A program made the position numbers and the translations under genes. The notes below the pieces were generated by a model. That model saw only the letters and a program-made list of their open reading frames with translations, was not told the origin of the DNA and did not search any database. A stretch of DNA of 64,000 nucleotides, from positions 1-64,000 of the forward strand of contig JYFJ02001606.1 in NCBI GenBank assembly GCA_000934665.2, given 5' to 3'. Shown piece by piece: positions 39,001-52,984 of this stretch (positions are counted from its first letter, which is position 1; each line of letters starts with the position of its first letter). The DNA is from Catajapyx aquilonaris. Its lineage: Eukaryota.

Positions 39001-40589
39001 TGTTTGATTGACGAGAAAGTGTGAGATCTCTCCTTGTAGTGATGAGATCAATTTCAGATCATCCTGCTAAGGGAGAGATCTTTAGTGAAACCTCACGTGA
39101 GCATCCATCGCAAATAAGGAAAGCTCAAATGAAAGTTATTAACAAGAATATTTATTAGAACAAGATTAATCAGTGCGAATAGCCTGGAACTCTATAACAA
39201 ATTTTTTTAAATGTGGCTTCTCACGAATTAAAAATTAATATATTCTTATCGCACATTCCGCTGTACCTTTTGTTTCATATATTTAGTTTCAAGGCCATGC
39301 TTTGTGAATGCGTGCGCCTAATCAATATCCTGTTCATAGTAACCGAGGAATTTGCACAATTCCTAGCGAAAAAGGTTAAATCAGCCTGATAGCCCTAAAT
39401 CCTCATAAAGGTTTATTATTCGTGGCTGATCATGACAACTAAATGCAATATGGCGAAAGAGTGGCATTCATGCAATTTTAAAATAAATCACGTTACGCAA
39501 AAACACAATTGATTATACGTAAAGTGATATGAATAGAAGTGTCCTTGATTACGAGTGCGAGTTTGAACTGTAACACACAATTCGCACCTAAATGCAATCA
39601 ATCAAGGTTTCAGCACAAACCAAAACGTGATGTATAATGTGAAAAAGCATACCACGTTGTTTTTATTATTTAAAAAGTCAAACAGTAGAAAAATAGCCAC
39701 ACTGTTCAACAGGCACTTTAAACTAACAACTAACGTGTAGTAGACACTTTCATTAAAATCTGAAAATTTAACATGCCTCATATGTGCAATAATGCGCAAA
39801 TATTTTCCAGGCGCAAGTGACAATTAATTAGGTTTGCCTTTATACAATATTATTAGCACAATCCGGTGTAAAATTGTGGTTCGTTTAAAATGGCGAATCA
39901 GCCTCATGTTACAATTTTTCCCCCCTGACATGTAACAATGGTAAGTACGTGCAATCTTGTGTCCAATAAGCCATGGCCTGAAGACACGCTCGCCCAACCA
40001 CCTTGGCTTGTTAGCTAAACCAAAGGCGGCAAACGACTCCCCAGAAAAATTCACACCCAATAAACCCACGAAAAAAAAAGCGTTCCTTATTCTTCCAACA
40101 CAATGGAATGTTTCTAACAGTATCTCGGCATTCAGGTCGTCATCCTAGCAAAACAAGAGTCATACCCATACAGTCCAAGCAGAAAGATCTCTCGTGATGC
40201 CAAAATAATCTTGACGTGATCTTATTTTTTTCTCTCTCTCATAAGACTTACATAAGCGTGAAGATCTAGTTGGTGCTTGGAGGTGTGACAAAGGGTCGTA
40301 GCCAGAATGATGACAGGACACGAGAAGGTGTGAGATATTACAGCACACTTGTCCAAGGGGGCTGAAAATTGGGCTCGTTTTGCTTGGGCCTTTTGCGGTG
40401 GTTTTACTGTACATATATGGCCTGTTTTAATTACTTGTTTTAATGGACTCGGTTTGTTACATAGTTGTGGGTGGCGGATTTATTACCGTCGTACTACACC
40501 ACTATTGATTATCTGTTAAATCAGAGTACGTGATATTGGCTTTCAGTATTTGTAAAATAAGATACTGAATGAACCGATACTAGCGCGTC

Positions 40590-40628
40590 ATTATCATTAT
40601 TATCATTATCGTTATAATTATAATTATA

Positions 40629-40674
<46 letters not shown>
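40590..40674. repeat. (TTA)n microsatellite with degenerate 5' part
   Basis: Direct reading of the trinucleotide run. Confidence 0.95.
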
Positions 40675-40675
<1 letters not shown>

Positions 40676-43230
40676 TGCTGGTGTTACAATGTGTATGTTA
40701 ACAAAAATAAAATTATAAATTTCAGCCAGTTGATTAATTTGTAGTAACCAGCCACTATGCTCAATAATTTAGTGGGCAATTAATTGTTGTAAAAACGTCG
40801 TTTGAGTAATATTAATAAAGCATTCCATCGGGGCATAAATTATGTTGGACTTTTTTCTAATGTGTGGCAATTCCTAGAATGGCAAATTTAATAACTGATA
40901 GAGTGGAAAATGTTTCCAAAATTGTTATTGGTGGTTTTCAATAATAGGGATAAGAAAAATTAACTCGATGAATTGGTATGTATTTCACGAAAACGTCACG
41001 TTATTTCATATTCCCCCCCCCCCCCCNCCAAATGAGGTTTAAAGCCTCAAACATATGAAGTATGACATTGCCAAGGTCGTACCATTGCAGAGCTCGATGA
41101 TATGAAATGTGCTCAATATGAAAACATTCGAGTAATGATGGCTGTAGGAGCGTAAAATTTTGGTAGACATGGAAATAATATTGGAGAAGAAAGAGTAGGC
41201 CTACATACTAAAACATGCTGGTGAGCTTTTAAAAATCAAGCCAATATAATTGCAAATTAATCGAATACTACAAGTTTTAATGTGGCCAAAATTCTATGAG
41301 CCCTCCTGCCTCCAAAATATAACTGACGTCCTTTCATAGCATATGCTGCTAATTACGACATGAAACAAACTTTGCTTATAATGTAATGATAACAAGGTGC
41401 TCCCATGCAACAGGAATAATGCTGGTTGCGTGATGGTATAGTAAATGGAAACAACTTGTTCAGTTTGTTACTAGCTTTTTGGTAAAATATTGTTGAAAAC
41501 CTTCCATAACAATGCTCTACAGGCCGTTAAAAAAAATTCGATCAATCATGAAAGAGGGCATAACCTGAGCTAAATAGTATAATTGAATCAGAGGCAAAAT
41601 TAATGAACTGACTTACATGGGCAGCAAAATTCAAGCAAAGAGCCACATGTATCTGGCGTCTTATGCTCTTAAACTTAATCACATTGACAGCACGCACCAA
41701 AATGTGACCAAAATTCATAAATGAAAATATGAATGATCACCAAAATTCTTGAATAAGTAAGAGAAACTTAGAATAAACGAGCGATAAATCCATAACAGGA
41801 AGACAAATATGCACCTGTTAATCGGTAAATAATATAAAATACATGAAATACGCAAATTTCACTTAAAGCGTAAATAATATACATAATAATTAATAAAATA
41901 TATAAAAATAATTGATACCTCCTTAACAGGCAGGTAAATGTAATATGCTGTATAGTAGGTCTAATGGAAAAGGTTTTTATTATTATGAAATGCACAAATT
42001 GTTAAATAATAATTAAATCAAATAGAACAGTATACAAAATGTCCAATTAATGTTAACTTACAAACGATGCAAGTAATGTAAAAATAATAATACGAAAATG
42101 TGATGCCATTGCAATCAAATCACCTCGATAGCAACTCGTGACAGATTACTGGCCCCGCAAATTTCAATTACACATCAATTGCCTGATGATCATGCGAAAA
42201 TTGTCTTATACTCTGGAGCATCACGCACGACCCCCGAGTGTATTGGTCACGACATATCAGTACCTTAAAACGACATGTAGGTCGGCATATCCCCCCACAC
42301 TTGATTTCAGACAACTTCTCTCCCACCCACCCTCCTTCCCTTTGCCTTCCTTCATCATCCTCGCCCGTGACATGCTTTTCTCGTTTCCCCGGCTGGCTCC
42401 ATGCAGCACGGAACACGAGCCAGCCCAGGAAGAAGAAAAGAAGGAGAGAAAAAGTTGGTCGCCGTACGTCGACTCGGACTACCTCTTTGACCTGCAGTCA
42501 AGGCAATCTTATCCGTCTGACCTACTAGGGAAGGGACCTACTAACTTAGCTTGGGTCGAGAGCGTGCCTCGAAATCCAAACGTGGGCCAACCAACCAACA
42601 TGGCCGGGGATTCAACAGAACAATAGATTGGAAAACAAAATAATATTCTGCATGACTATTGCTTTGTAACAAGTTGCTATAGCTAGGGGAGCGGGGAAAA
42701 AAACAATTGGGTGAAAATATGTGTCAACAGCCGGATGACCTTTCTGTAATCACAGAACTTTGGTCAGACTCTAAGGGGTTAGGCTTGGGTCTCGGTCGTT
42801 GTTTTGCAATGAGTCCTATTTTGATTGTGATCGCGAAATTTTTAAATGCAAATAGCAAAACAAGTCGCGCGTTGAAACTACTGCATTTATATGAACCACT
42901 GCCTAATAACACAAAAGGATTACAGATTTTTTAATAATTTAATGTTATTTTGTGTACAGTTTTGAATATTAAATTATGTCTAATCTGTATTAATAACATC
43001 AAGAAATATAGCAACAAAAAAGAAAGTGACAGCCATAAATAAATGGAAGGAATATCAATCTATGTAATTAATAAACAAATAGATTACGACGAATCATTAA
43101 TAGAATTCGAGTTAATAGAACACATAAATATATTAGTATAAGTACAGTAACTCATAGACTATTTGAAAGGGTTAGTCAAAATTAGAATTTTTCAATACAG
43201 TACTCGAAATCGTCAAATTAGATTGCATTT

Positions 43231-43346
43231 TGGACATTTTTGACGAATAATTGAAGGGCTCCATGAACGAAGGGGGTAGCTAAATAGTACAGTGTTAGTT
43301 ACCCCCTTCCTTCATGGAGTCCTTCAATTCTTCCTGATAATGTCCA
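43231..43346. repeat. Long inverted repeat / hairpin
   Basis: Core arms 43249-43283 and 43295-43329 match 32/35 with an 11-nt loop. Outer TGGACATT/AATGTCCA extends the stem. Confidence 0.85.
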
Positions 43347-46300
43347 CATTGTAATTAAAAATGATACCGGTACTTAATAATATCTTGCATCAATATTAAT
43401 TTTCTTGCAAATTTGCTAGCTAATTTCAGAATCTCACCCATTTTAGTACTTTAAATAAATTTGCGCACAAAATTTTGCTCGTCATACTCCATAACTGGCG
43501 TGCAAACGTGAACCGAAATTAACTTCTCCGCGCTGAAGCCGAGGGAGACAACAATGAGTTGCGAAACAATTTCCCCCCCACTACACATCCCAATACAAAC
43601 TGTCGCCTCCGTCCTAAACTTGTTGATATTTACGCAGTTGTTACCCTTTACCTCCCAACATAATCCCAGACCAACACCAGCTCGAAATAATAAAAAAGTG
43701 ACTAACGTGCCGCATAAAATCTGCATGTTTTCCCTACATAGCTGTCTCTCTAAAAAAAAATTCCCCCAACTCTAATTTTTTCCATTCCAATTTGAGATAC
43801 GTCCTTCCACACACATACACACACACGGGGATGGAGAAAAAAAAACTCCGGAGCTTTAGTGTGTTACATTTCGTGCGTCGTTGACCCAGTTGGCAGCTTT
43901 GTGATGGCGGAACTTCCGTCGGGAATTTACCCCTAGGCGCCAATCCGGAAAGGCGCAGCCCTCTTTTACAGGACTCGTCTTCTCTCTAAACCTCTTTCAC
44001 TGGGTATATCCTCAACCCACCAAATCCTCTATACCACAACAGGTTTCTCCACCTGGGCAGGTGTGCGCCTCAGATTTTTATTCCGTTCTCAAAGAAAGAG
44101 GGGCAAACATGCATAGGAGGAATACAGTAATTCCGTTGCATAATCGCTCTAGGAATCTAACAGGGAATTCAGATGGTTAAAAAAACATGTGAGTTAAAGT
44201 TGGGTCTGTAAATTGTTGGTTAGCAACGGAAATAATTTGTATCCTGGCAGGTAGGCAATTGTCAGGGTTGCATAAATTGCAGGATGAGTGCGAAATTATG
44301 CATATTATTGGGAGTCATTTGCATACACAGAAATTAAGTGGAAAAATGTATTATAAATGGAAAAAACGATTAAGTTTTAATTGAAGATGAGTAAAATCAC
44401 AGTTGTCTGCTATAGGATGAATTATTTAGTAAGTCGAAAATCCATTACATTCCGAGATCCGCACAAAGAGATGGATTTTACGTCCTCTTGAGAATAAGCT
44501 ACCATTGATAGAGCGATTCATTAGTGGGGATTTTCTCATAAGCTTTCCGTAGTGAAGATAGAGCGGCAGATAATTCTAGTAAAAGCTTACTGGAGTACAG
44601 TACTGTACATAAAGTGTGTGATCTAAGGATTTTCTTTTAAAAAATTGCAAAAATAAACCGCAAAGGCAGATGTGCACAAGTCACTTTAATTAGGGCAGTT
44701 GCAACACAAATGAAATGGAATGCTACACTGAATTGTTAAAAAATGAATAAAATATGCAAATCTCAAAAATAGCTTACTAATGACATCTGAAGATTGGCGG
44801 AAATTGCTCATAAATCATTCCTAGTATAAAGCGGACATGAGTGACAGGAACGTGCTCAACCCAGTGTTTTTGGATTGACAACACGTTGTGAATAGACCAG
44901 TGTGTCATCCTATGCGACGGAAGCAATTAGTCGTCGATGATATTGCAAAAATAGGAGCTCAGTGAAAATGAATTAAATGCACGGCCTGTACACAAAATTA
45001 GCATGAAATCGTAATTATTTTATGCCTTTCAAATAACATTCTTGTACAGCATGCTATGGATTTTCGCAATATGTTCAAAGCTGATATAGCTGGAATAAAA
45101 CACTGTACAGTAGGCTACGTGTCATATTATCCAGGCACGGGGGGCCCTGCACTTGCCACCAACCAAAAAGAACTTTTATGCAAATTTTCAACTGCAGGTC
45201 TCTCCTCTAAATATTTTTTTTTATCCATGACGCAAACGTGACCGCATTATTTTTCAGTCAAAGGGTAAACGGACACAATTGCGGTTATTGTTGCCTTTTA
45301 ATTTCGGTTCATTCAACGTTCTGCAAATTCGAAATGACAAAGCCACGCATCAATCAATTACATGTCAACACGGAGCACACCCAACGCCCAAATAGTACGA
45401 CAAAAAAAAGGTGCTCCACTTACGTAATTACTGAACCTGCAAAATTGACACATGCTCTACTTTTGAAGACACCTATTCGACTAATTGTGATGAGGGAGTC
45501 CATAAACTGGACAAAAAAATACAATAACAATGCGGCATAACGGATCTTTCTTCTAGATATGTTTTTCTGGGAGACAATTCGAGGAGACAATGGTTGAAAA
45601 ATTTGAACAAAACAGGTGTCCACTTTCTAGCCAGGATATATCTACTTCTTTCCAATGGGTTTTGACCATGGCGTCAGAATACAAAATACCAAGGGGTGTT
45701 GCTTACAAGGGGTCATGGCCAAGCACAGGTACCGTTATTTTACCTAAATGCCCCAAAGGTGTGGGGACCTAAAGAAAAAAAAAGGTGCAGGTAGAAGAGG
45801 GGTGGAAAAGGAAAAAAAGAGGAATTTTTGAAGGTTGGGTAGGTGGGTCCAGTTCCCTTTTTGATTGTTGCCAAGAAGGCAGGTTGCCCAATAGGAATGG
45901 TCTCAAAAAGACTGGGTTGGTGGCCCAGAAGCTGGTTTTAAAAAAATGTTTCAACCGTTAGACAAACCTGTCATTAGTCAGATTTTTGTTTGTGTCGTGA
46001 ATGTGAATGTGATAAAATGTCACAGCTCGGAAGGAAAATTAAGCGTGACAATGAGAAGCATAAACTAGGCTAATAGTATTATTAAAACCACAGCTACCAA
46101 TGACAGCATGCCAGTTTTTTTTCTTCAAAAATCACCATATCATCAGTCAATCATTTGAAAGGGAGTGTCAGTGATGAAGCATATAACTACAAATACATAA
46201 TTATGCTTACAAATTTTGTATTTTTTGTGTAAAAATCACAAAACAAACTCGTGTGTAACATGACAATTATTTGTATTAATTAATACAGTACAAACCACAT

Positions 46301-47100
46301 GTAAATGTATTAACATTAGTATTCATTGTTGGTGAGTCCACAATTCACTAGTGATTTGTGCGCATTATTGGTCCATATTTATTCGCAAAAATCTTTTCTT
46401 CAAAAACCAAGTGCTAATGGCCGGAGAAAGTCACCGTTCCAACACCGGTTCAATTCATCAGAAAAACCGTTGTCCATTTGCTCTTACCCACGATTAGCAC
46501 CTGTTTAAATCACAAGTGCAAAGTGCTCCGGGGCCCCTTTTCCCGGAATTGCGAATTTGCATTGCAGATGACACCTTCCGCGAAATTTAATGAGTACACG
46601 ACAGCTTCTGTATGTGTACCCTACATTAAAGCCCTTGTTCCAGTTGAAAAGTCCGCGTGTCACTTTTGCAAATTAAGCTGCTTATTTTTTCGCAGTTTAG
46701 ATGGCACCAAAATTACCTTCTTTTATTAGATCATGTATAGAATTGGCTAGGCGTGACTTTGTCCCTACATGCGATGACTCATCACCTAGGTGCATGCAGT
46801 TACTGCAGTCGCCACGGGGAGCGGTAGTGTGCATAGGGCGCCACCTTGTAGTAGCATATTGTACTACGTCCAAGTCGCACAAATTGTTTCCTACACTACC
46901 TTACAGGCGACCCTGCGATGTTGCCAAGAGGCTACCGGTATGAATTTGGCCCCTGAGGAGTAACTGTGGCAGCGTTGTTGTCTTAACAATGGACTTGCGC
47001 GAGTGTGGGTGCGCACTCGGTTGCGCTCGTAAAAAATTCATCTATAATGTAGATAAATTCAATGGAGTTATAACTCTGTGTTTATTGCTCATCTTTTCAG

Positions 47101-48185
47101 ATGATGACTCGGACAGCGCCTGTGGCGCTCTTGACCCTCCTGGTGACCCTGGTGACCTCCACACCCAACGGGTCGACGCATCCTCAAGTGATACCCCAGG
47201 CAGCCCAGGTGGTACCATCTGTTGTGGACACTCGAGGGGTGCCACAGACGGCCCAGAGCAGGGAGGCACCCGCATACACCGGAGGAGGATCCGGATTCGG
47301 AGGGTTCAGCGGTGGCGGCTCAGGAGGTCACAGCGGGGGCGGAGGCGGAGGTCACGGTGGAGGTCACGGCGGTGGTGACTACGGACAAGTGTCGCAACCG
47401 CAAGGAAACACAGGGTCAGTACCTGGCGATGGAAGTGTCGCAGGCTGTGTCATCATCTCTTGTGATTTCTCAGGTACTATTACTACTACTACCCGGTGGC
47501 CCAAGAGAAGGAACCTGCAGTGCACCACTCATCTCACGAATCATTCGGAATTGACCCCTGGGGCATAGTGGCCATGTTGGCCATCTGTGGTCTCCTCATG
47601 GGTGGAGCCTACTTCATGATGCCAGGCTGGTCGTGGGCGCCAGGTCACCAGGACGTGTACTACCGAGCCTTCCAGACAGCCGGACCTTCCCTGATCGGCA
47701 TGGAAAAGGACGACTTCAAGACTCTGACCGCGTTGGTGCTCACAGCTATCGAAGGGGAACAGTGCATGGAACGTCTCGCATGCGATGCAGGAAAGCTTGT
47801 CAAGAAGGTCAAGAGGGCCGAGACGTTCCTCAGGTATTAAAATGACACAAATTATGTAAAAGGTCGCACCAGTTGGGCTGTACCGTTGCACTTATTTCCA
47901 ACGCTACGTTTGGGAGAAAACAAAATGGCCGCCTTTTGCGACATTGCCAAAGCTCAGAGAGTTATTGTGTTCATTTACAATTTTTTTTACAAAAATATGA
48001 TATTTTAGGCATATCTGGGTTAAAGACAACAACGTCCACGATTTTAACTAATATTTGCGATGTTTTTCAGGCTGATGGAGGATTTCGCGCCGAATTCATT
48101 CGCGGCCAGCATCAAGTCTCTCCGAACCGGAATCAAATCGCCAGATCAATGCAGGAACGTCAATTGTCAAAGAAGAAGGAAGTAA
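47101..48185 (+). CDS. Paralogue D: uncharacterised signal-peptide protein with Gly/His-rich region, GYYYYYYPV motif, TM segment and C-terminal 4-Cys domain (~262 aa)
   Basis: Exons 47101-47414, 47474-47833, 48071-48185 are in frame (two phase-2 introns). Signal peptide MMTRTAPVALLTLLVTLVTS; GGGSGGHSGGGGGGHGGGHGGG; GYYYYYYPVAQ; TM WGIVAMLAICGLLMGGAYFMM; KTLTALVLTAIEGEQCMERLACDAG...CRNVNC. The ATG directly follows a TTTTCAG acceptor. Confidence 0.88.
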
Positions 48186-51100
48186 ATCCAACCCAAACAA
48201 CCCTGACAAATCCATGCTGCCTTTAAATTGAACCACTGTGTTTTTTCGAGCACAGACTTCAGGAGATTTAATTAGCAGAAGTGAGGCTATAATCCTCCAT
48301 TGTGCCACCTGCATACATTTGTATTTTTTTTGTTTGGGACGTTTCAGGCTGATGGGTATTGACAATATTTTTTTTTATTTTTAAGAAACTTACAAAGTAA
48401 AAAATGTACGAGCTCGCAGGGTGTGATTGTACGAATGGTTTTTTTTTGTTTCTTCTGCTCAACCAGCTGCCATCTTCTGCTGGGTCGAAGAACCAAGCCA
48501 ATCGTAACGGTTGTCTTTTACATTATTGTAGAGAAAAGTTGGGCTTTACAATGTTGTAACAATGTATGTGCAATATTGTAAATATTTGGCGACATATTGA
48601 AATCACAACTACATCGAGAATATTGTGTGCTGATAATATTGCAAACGAATGTAGAAAATCGCTAATTTGATATATCGCAAATATGTTCGATATCTCACTT
48701 GATTCAAATTGTCTGATTTTCATTATGGTATTTTAAACTGCCCAAATTTTCTCTTCAATATTGCAGTAGACTGGTATGCCAGCTCTCTTATGTACCAAAG
48801 TGTGAATTTATTTTGTACCGTAATTTATGTAGCGTTACATCACACGTAACTATAGAAATTACTTACGTTAAAACACTCAGGTTTAATTTTTTTTTGTAAA
48901 GGTTCAATGCTCAATAAGTAGCCCCACCAGCCCTACACGTTCAAGCAGCTTCCAACTGTGTACATAACGCGAATTACACGCACATCTGATATTTATTTGT
49001 GCACCCAAACCCCGTCCCGCTATCAAAAGCGAAGGTATGAATATTCCTTTCCCCCGAATTTTGTACGTTTCGCTCGAGACAGAAGATTCTGAATAAATTA
49101 ACATGTTTAATTTTGAAAGACACACTTTGCTGGAGTTTGCCACGACATTTTTGTTTTTAAGGGGTCGTCATCACACTGGAGGTGGCGATGTCCTCGACAA
49201 GCCAGCCAACAGTTGCAAATCAACGCATGGCCGATTTTGGCCCAACAAAGGACCGGGTGAACCGGAAGGAAGGTGAAGGACCAGATTTTTCATACACACC
49301 TTTTCCCCCCTAGTATATCTAAAAGCATACGCCCAAAAACGGATGGTAAAACATCCTATATAGTCGCACCGGGAGAGTTTGAATAAAGTCCTTTCGTGAT
49401 GTCGTGTGGTCGAAAAAAAAAAATCACACCCAACTCGCAACAAAAATGATGCACTTCCCAGAGTAATGACACGTGATTTTCATAGAAAGCGACCTAGACA
49501 TTGGCGTGGAAAGTGACCGCATGCATAAGCGGAGAGTTTTGCAATTGAGAAATGAGGACACACTCTGCGGGGGATTCGGTGGGAAATACCACTGTATTCT
49601 GTCTAGAATATGTAGTTTGGCTCCAAATGTTTAGTGGCAAAAAAAATTGCAATTTGGAACACTTTTGTGATAATCGAGCTTTCCAATTGGACATTTCCTC
49701 TAAAAGCATTGAATTATAAATTGAAAATACAAAAAGCCGTATGATGCAACTTTGCCTCGAACTTATCACTTCGTAGTCCTTATTTACACGAAATTCACTG
49801 ATTGCTCTTCCGATCAGCGATATGCAATTTTTTCATAATTAATCAAACAAAATGAAAAGATGGGGGATAAATTTATTTTCAAATATTGTAAGAAAATGGT
49901 CAGGTTTTAGACATTTAGAAATATTTTCAGGCTGCCCAATGATGTTGCGAATTGTTCAAATATTACAAAATTCTGCAATTATTATTGTACATCTTCACGT
50001 GTACATTTTTGCTAGCAATACCGAACGAATTGGAAGTAAAATTTTGACATGAGCAGTGTAGGTGATAATGCTGATTACAAGTGGCACAATCATATTGTCT
50101 CTCTTTTTTTTCTACCTTTAGATGAATTTCAAGATAATATCATTCGCCCCATATAATGAAAATGCAATAAAACCTGCAGTTTGCCAACAACAGTATTAAG
50201 TCGTGCAATATCTACATCATTCGTGTCAATAATACATTATCCAGCACAGCAAAACGGTCGCATTTTACCATGTTCAAATTTAGTTTAGTCAGGACGCCAC
50301 CGTGCATAATTACACGGTTATATTGCCGCACTTTATTGGTTAAAATATTTTCATCCACCGCAACACTGTTATAATCAAAACAGGTGTATCATCTCCTAAT
50401 TGGAGCAATGTTAAAAAAAGTAAACGCTTCCCTAGAGCAATATTTGCTATTCCACTAGTCCCATATAAGATTGACCTCTGCATTACAGTAATTAAGTGTT
50501 GATTGACGCAATCTTCTAATGGCCATGTAGTTTTGAGTTGAATAAGTTGGACGTCAGTTCAAGCTGTGCCGCGAAACACAAGTTGCCAAGGGAGAAGTCC
50601 AGTGGATTACAGTTATTGCCCTTATCTAGTCTATGTCATCACTTTGCCAAAAGGGATGGGCCAATATTGCACAGCGTTGCAGGACAGTATCTCATTTTTT
50701 TTGTAAGCCGGAAACATACTGTAAGGTTTGTGCTCGGTATGCTCTCCAGGGAAATGTTTCGTAATTGGCTTTCTAAGTGCATTCTAGCAAATGCAAAAAT
50801 AAATATTTCTCGTTTTCCAGAGTTGTGATGACTGTCGTGCAGTGTGCTGTAACTTATATTTTGATAAACGTGTACTTCAGTACAAGTAAAATTCTGCAAA
50901 AAAAAAGCAAAGATGAATGACGTCTGAAAATGAAGAATCATAGTTTTCCATTGCTCGAAAGGTGTTTTTGTGTCAGGCATATGCCATATACCCCGTAGAG
51001 TGCAGTACGTTGTCATGACTCAACTAGAGTAACCATTTTTGAAATATTGAGTAGTGAACAATAGAGTGCACTTACTTCGTTCCTTGGTGTACAAAAAAAT

Positions 51101-52914
51101 CCACGTTTTTTATAACATATCTGCTTTCTACATAAACTGTAGTCTACTTAAGAGACAGCCAAAACCCACTTGAAATGTCTTCAATTTGTTGCAGTGATTT
51201 GTTACTATTGCAAGGTTCCAAAAATATTTGCTGGTATAACATTAGGTGAAATAGACGCATTATTTCTAGAACATCTAGTCTGCTGAAAAAAGATGCGATC
51301 AATCATTGCTGGGTCGAAGTGGGTCACTCGTCATGCAATAAAAATAATTGCAATACAAGGCATGAAGGAATGTTTAATAATAATCGAAGCTGCATATCTG
51401 ATGGTCCCCAAAATAGGCCACTCTTGCATTCCGAAATTAATTTAAATTAGTAATTGTTTGGATAAATAATTAAATTTGGCATAGTTGATACTGTAATATC
51501 CACTAAAAATAACGGTTTAAAATTAATCAACTTAGTGCCAAAAATTTCTAACCACTAATTAAATTTAAATTTGACCACCATGTAGGCCTAATTCACGTTC
51601 AAACGAATCTTAGTTTCATTTTTGATGGAGGATAATGGACAACCGTCGGGAGAACCTCTACCATAATAAACTAAAGGGAAAATGTCAGATTTGATATCAT
51701 GACTGTATAGCATAATTATATATATTATATATTATATTCTTAATGCAGCATGTTTCATATTCAATTTATAATAACATAAAAGAAGCAAGAATGTTTCTTC
51801 AGAATATGACCCATGGCCTTGTAACAGCGTGTTAAATAAATAAATAAATATATGTCTCTATCAATTAACTCAATGCAATAATGCAACAGCCTGCAATACG
51901 CAGTACTGTACAACAATAATTTATGTGCAGTATTATAGTATCTTAACGGGCGAAACGTTTTGCTAATATCATCAAATCAGAAAAAAATCTGCCTGCAACA
52001 TTTCACCGTGAAACTTCCCAATTCCGCAATGTCATTGCTAACCATTTTTCGCAAAACTCTCCGTCAACTTCCCCGGCACTTTTTAACCCGAAATTTGATT
52101 ACCGATTGGTTGCGCCACAAGCAAGCAAAAGGAAGGCCCGGAGGGGGAAGTTCCACTCGATTTCTGCGAAGAGAACCGATTCGATACCATGTAATGGGAG
52201 CCAAGCAAGCGAAGGACACCCTGAAAGACACGCAACCAAACTTTCTCGAAGGCTTTAGACAGCATTCATCCATTTAGAGTCCAGCAAATAAAGGATAATA
52301 ACAACCGCAAAATGCGTCACATCGAGGCGTCAATACACCTCGGTTGAAGTGCATGTTTATTCTAGACGTGTCAGTCATGATGTCCATTATTATTGGCAAA
52401 ATTGTCCCCCAGTCGGTAAATAGCTTGCGTTTATTAATTCACTGAGGAGTCTCTTGGTACAATAATCGATCATTTCCCCTATCCCGATTTTTTTTTTCAA
52501 TTTTCGAAGAAGAAAAAATCGGTGCAGAAGTGTGAAATGATGCATATCTTTCCATGTTGGCGTTAACTGGTCTGTAATGTATTTGAAGGGAAAATAATAC
52601 GCTTCCTATTCACGAACAGGCTGCTAACATTTTCGCTGATAGTGCTTCATGCAATAATCCCATGCATTAATATCTGGAGATATGAGAAGGCTACGTTTGC
52701 AAGTAACTGAGGTGATTACTGGGTCAAGTTAAAATAAGTGTATTAAGTTAATTTCATACGCGGTAAACTTATAGATTGTATGCGTACTGTAAATAATGTT
52801 TCTCGTGCTTGAAGGATTGAAATTATACTTTTTTAAACGTGTTAAATACGGTTACTTAAACACTGCATTTAAAATAAGAAATTTCCCATGAGTGTTGAGT
52901 CAATTGAGTAATTC

Positions 52915-52984
52915 TACTCTCTAAGGTTTAAAAGAGTTAATTTAACTCTTATTGAGTTTTTTAACTCTATTTTTTTAGAGAGTA
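52915..52984. repeat. Small TIR-bounded element (possible MITE remnant)
   Basis: TACTCTCTAA...TTAGAGAGTA 10-bp inverted termini, plus an internal palindrome AAGAGTTAA-T-TTAACTCTT. Confidence 0.5.

Noticed and set aside
42138..42626. 162-aa ORF with a charged stretch
   Set aside because: Non-ATG start, no recognisable domain and no consistent splice context.
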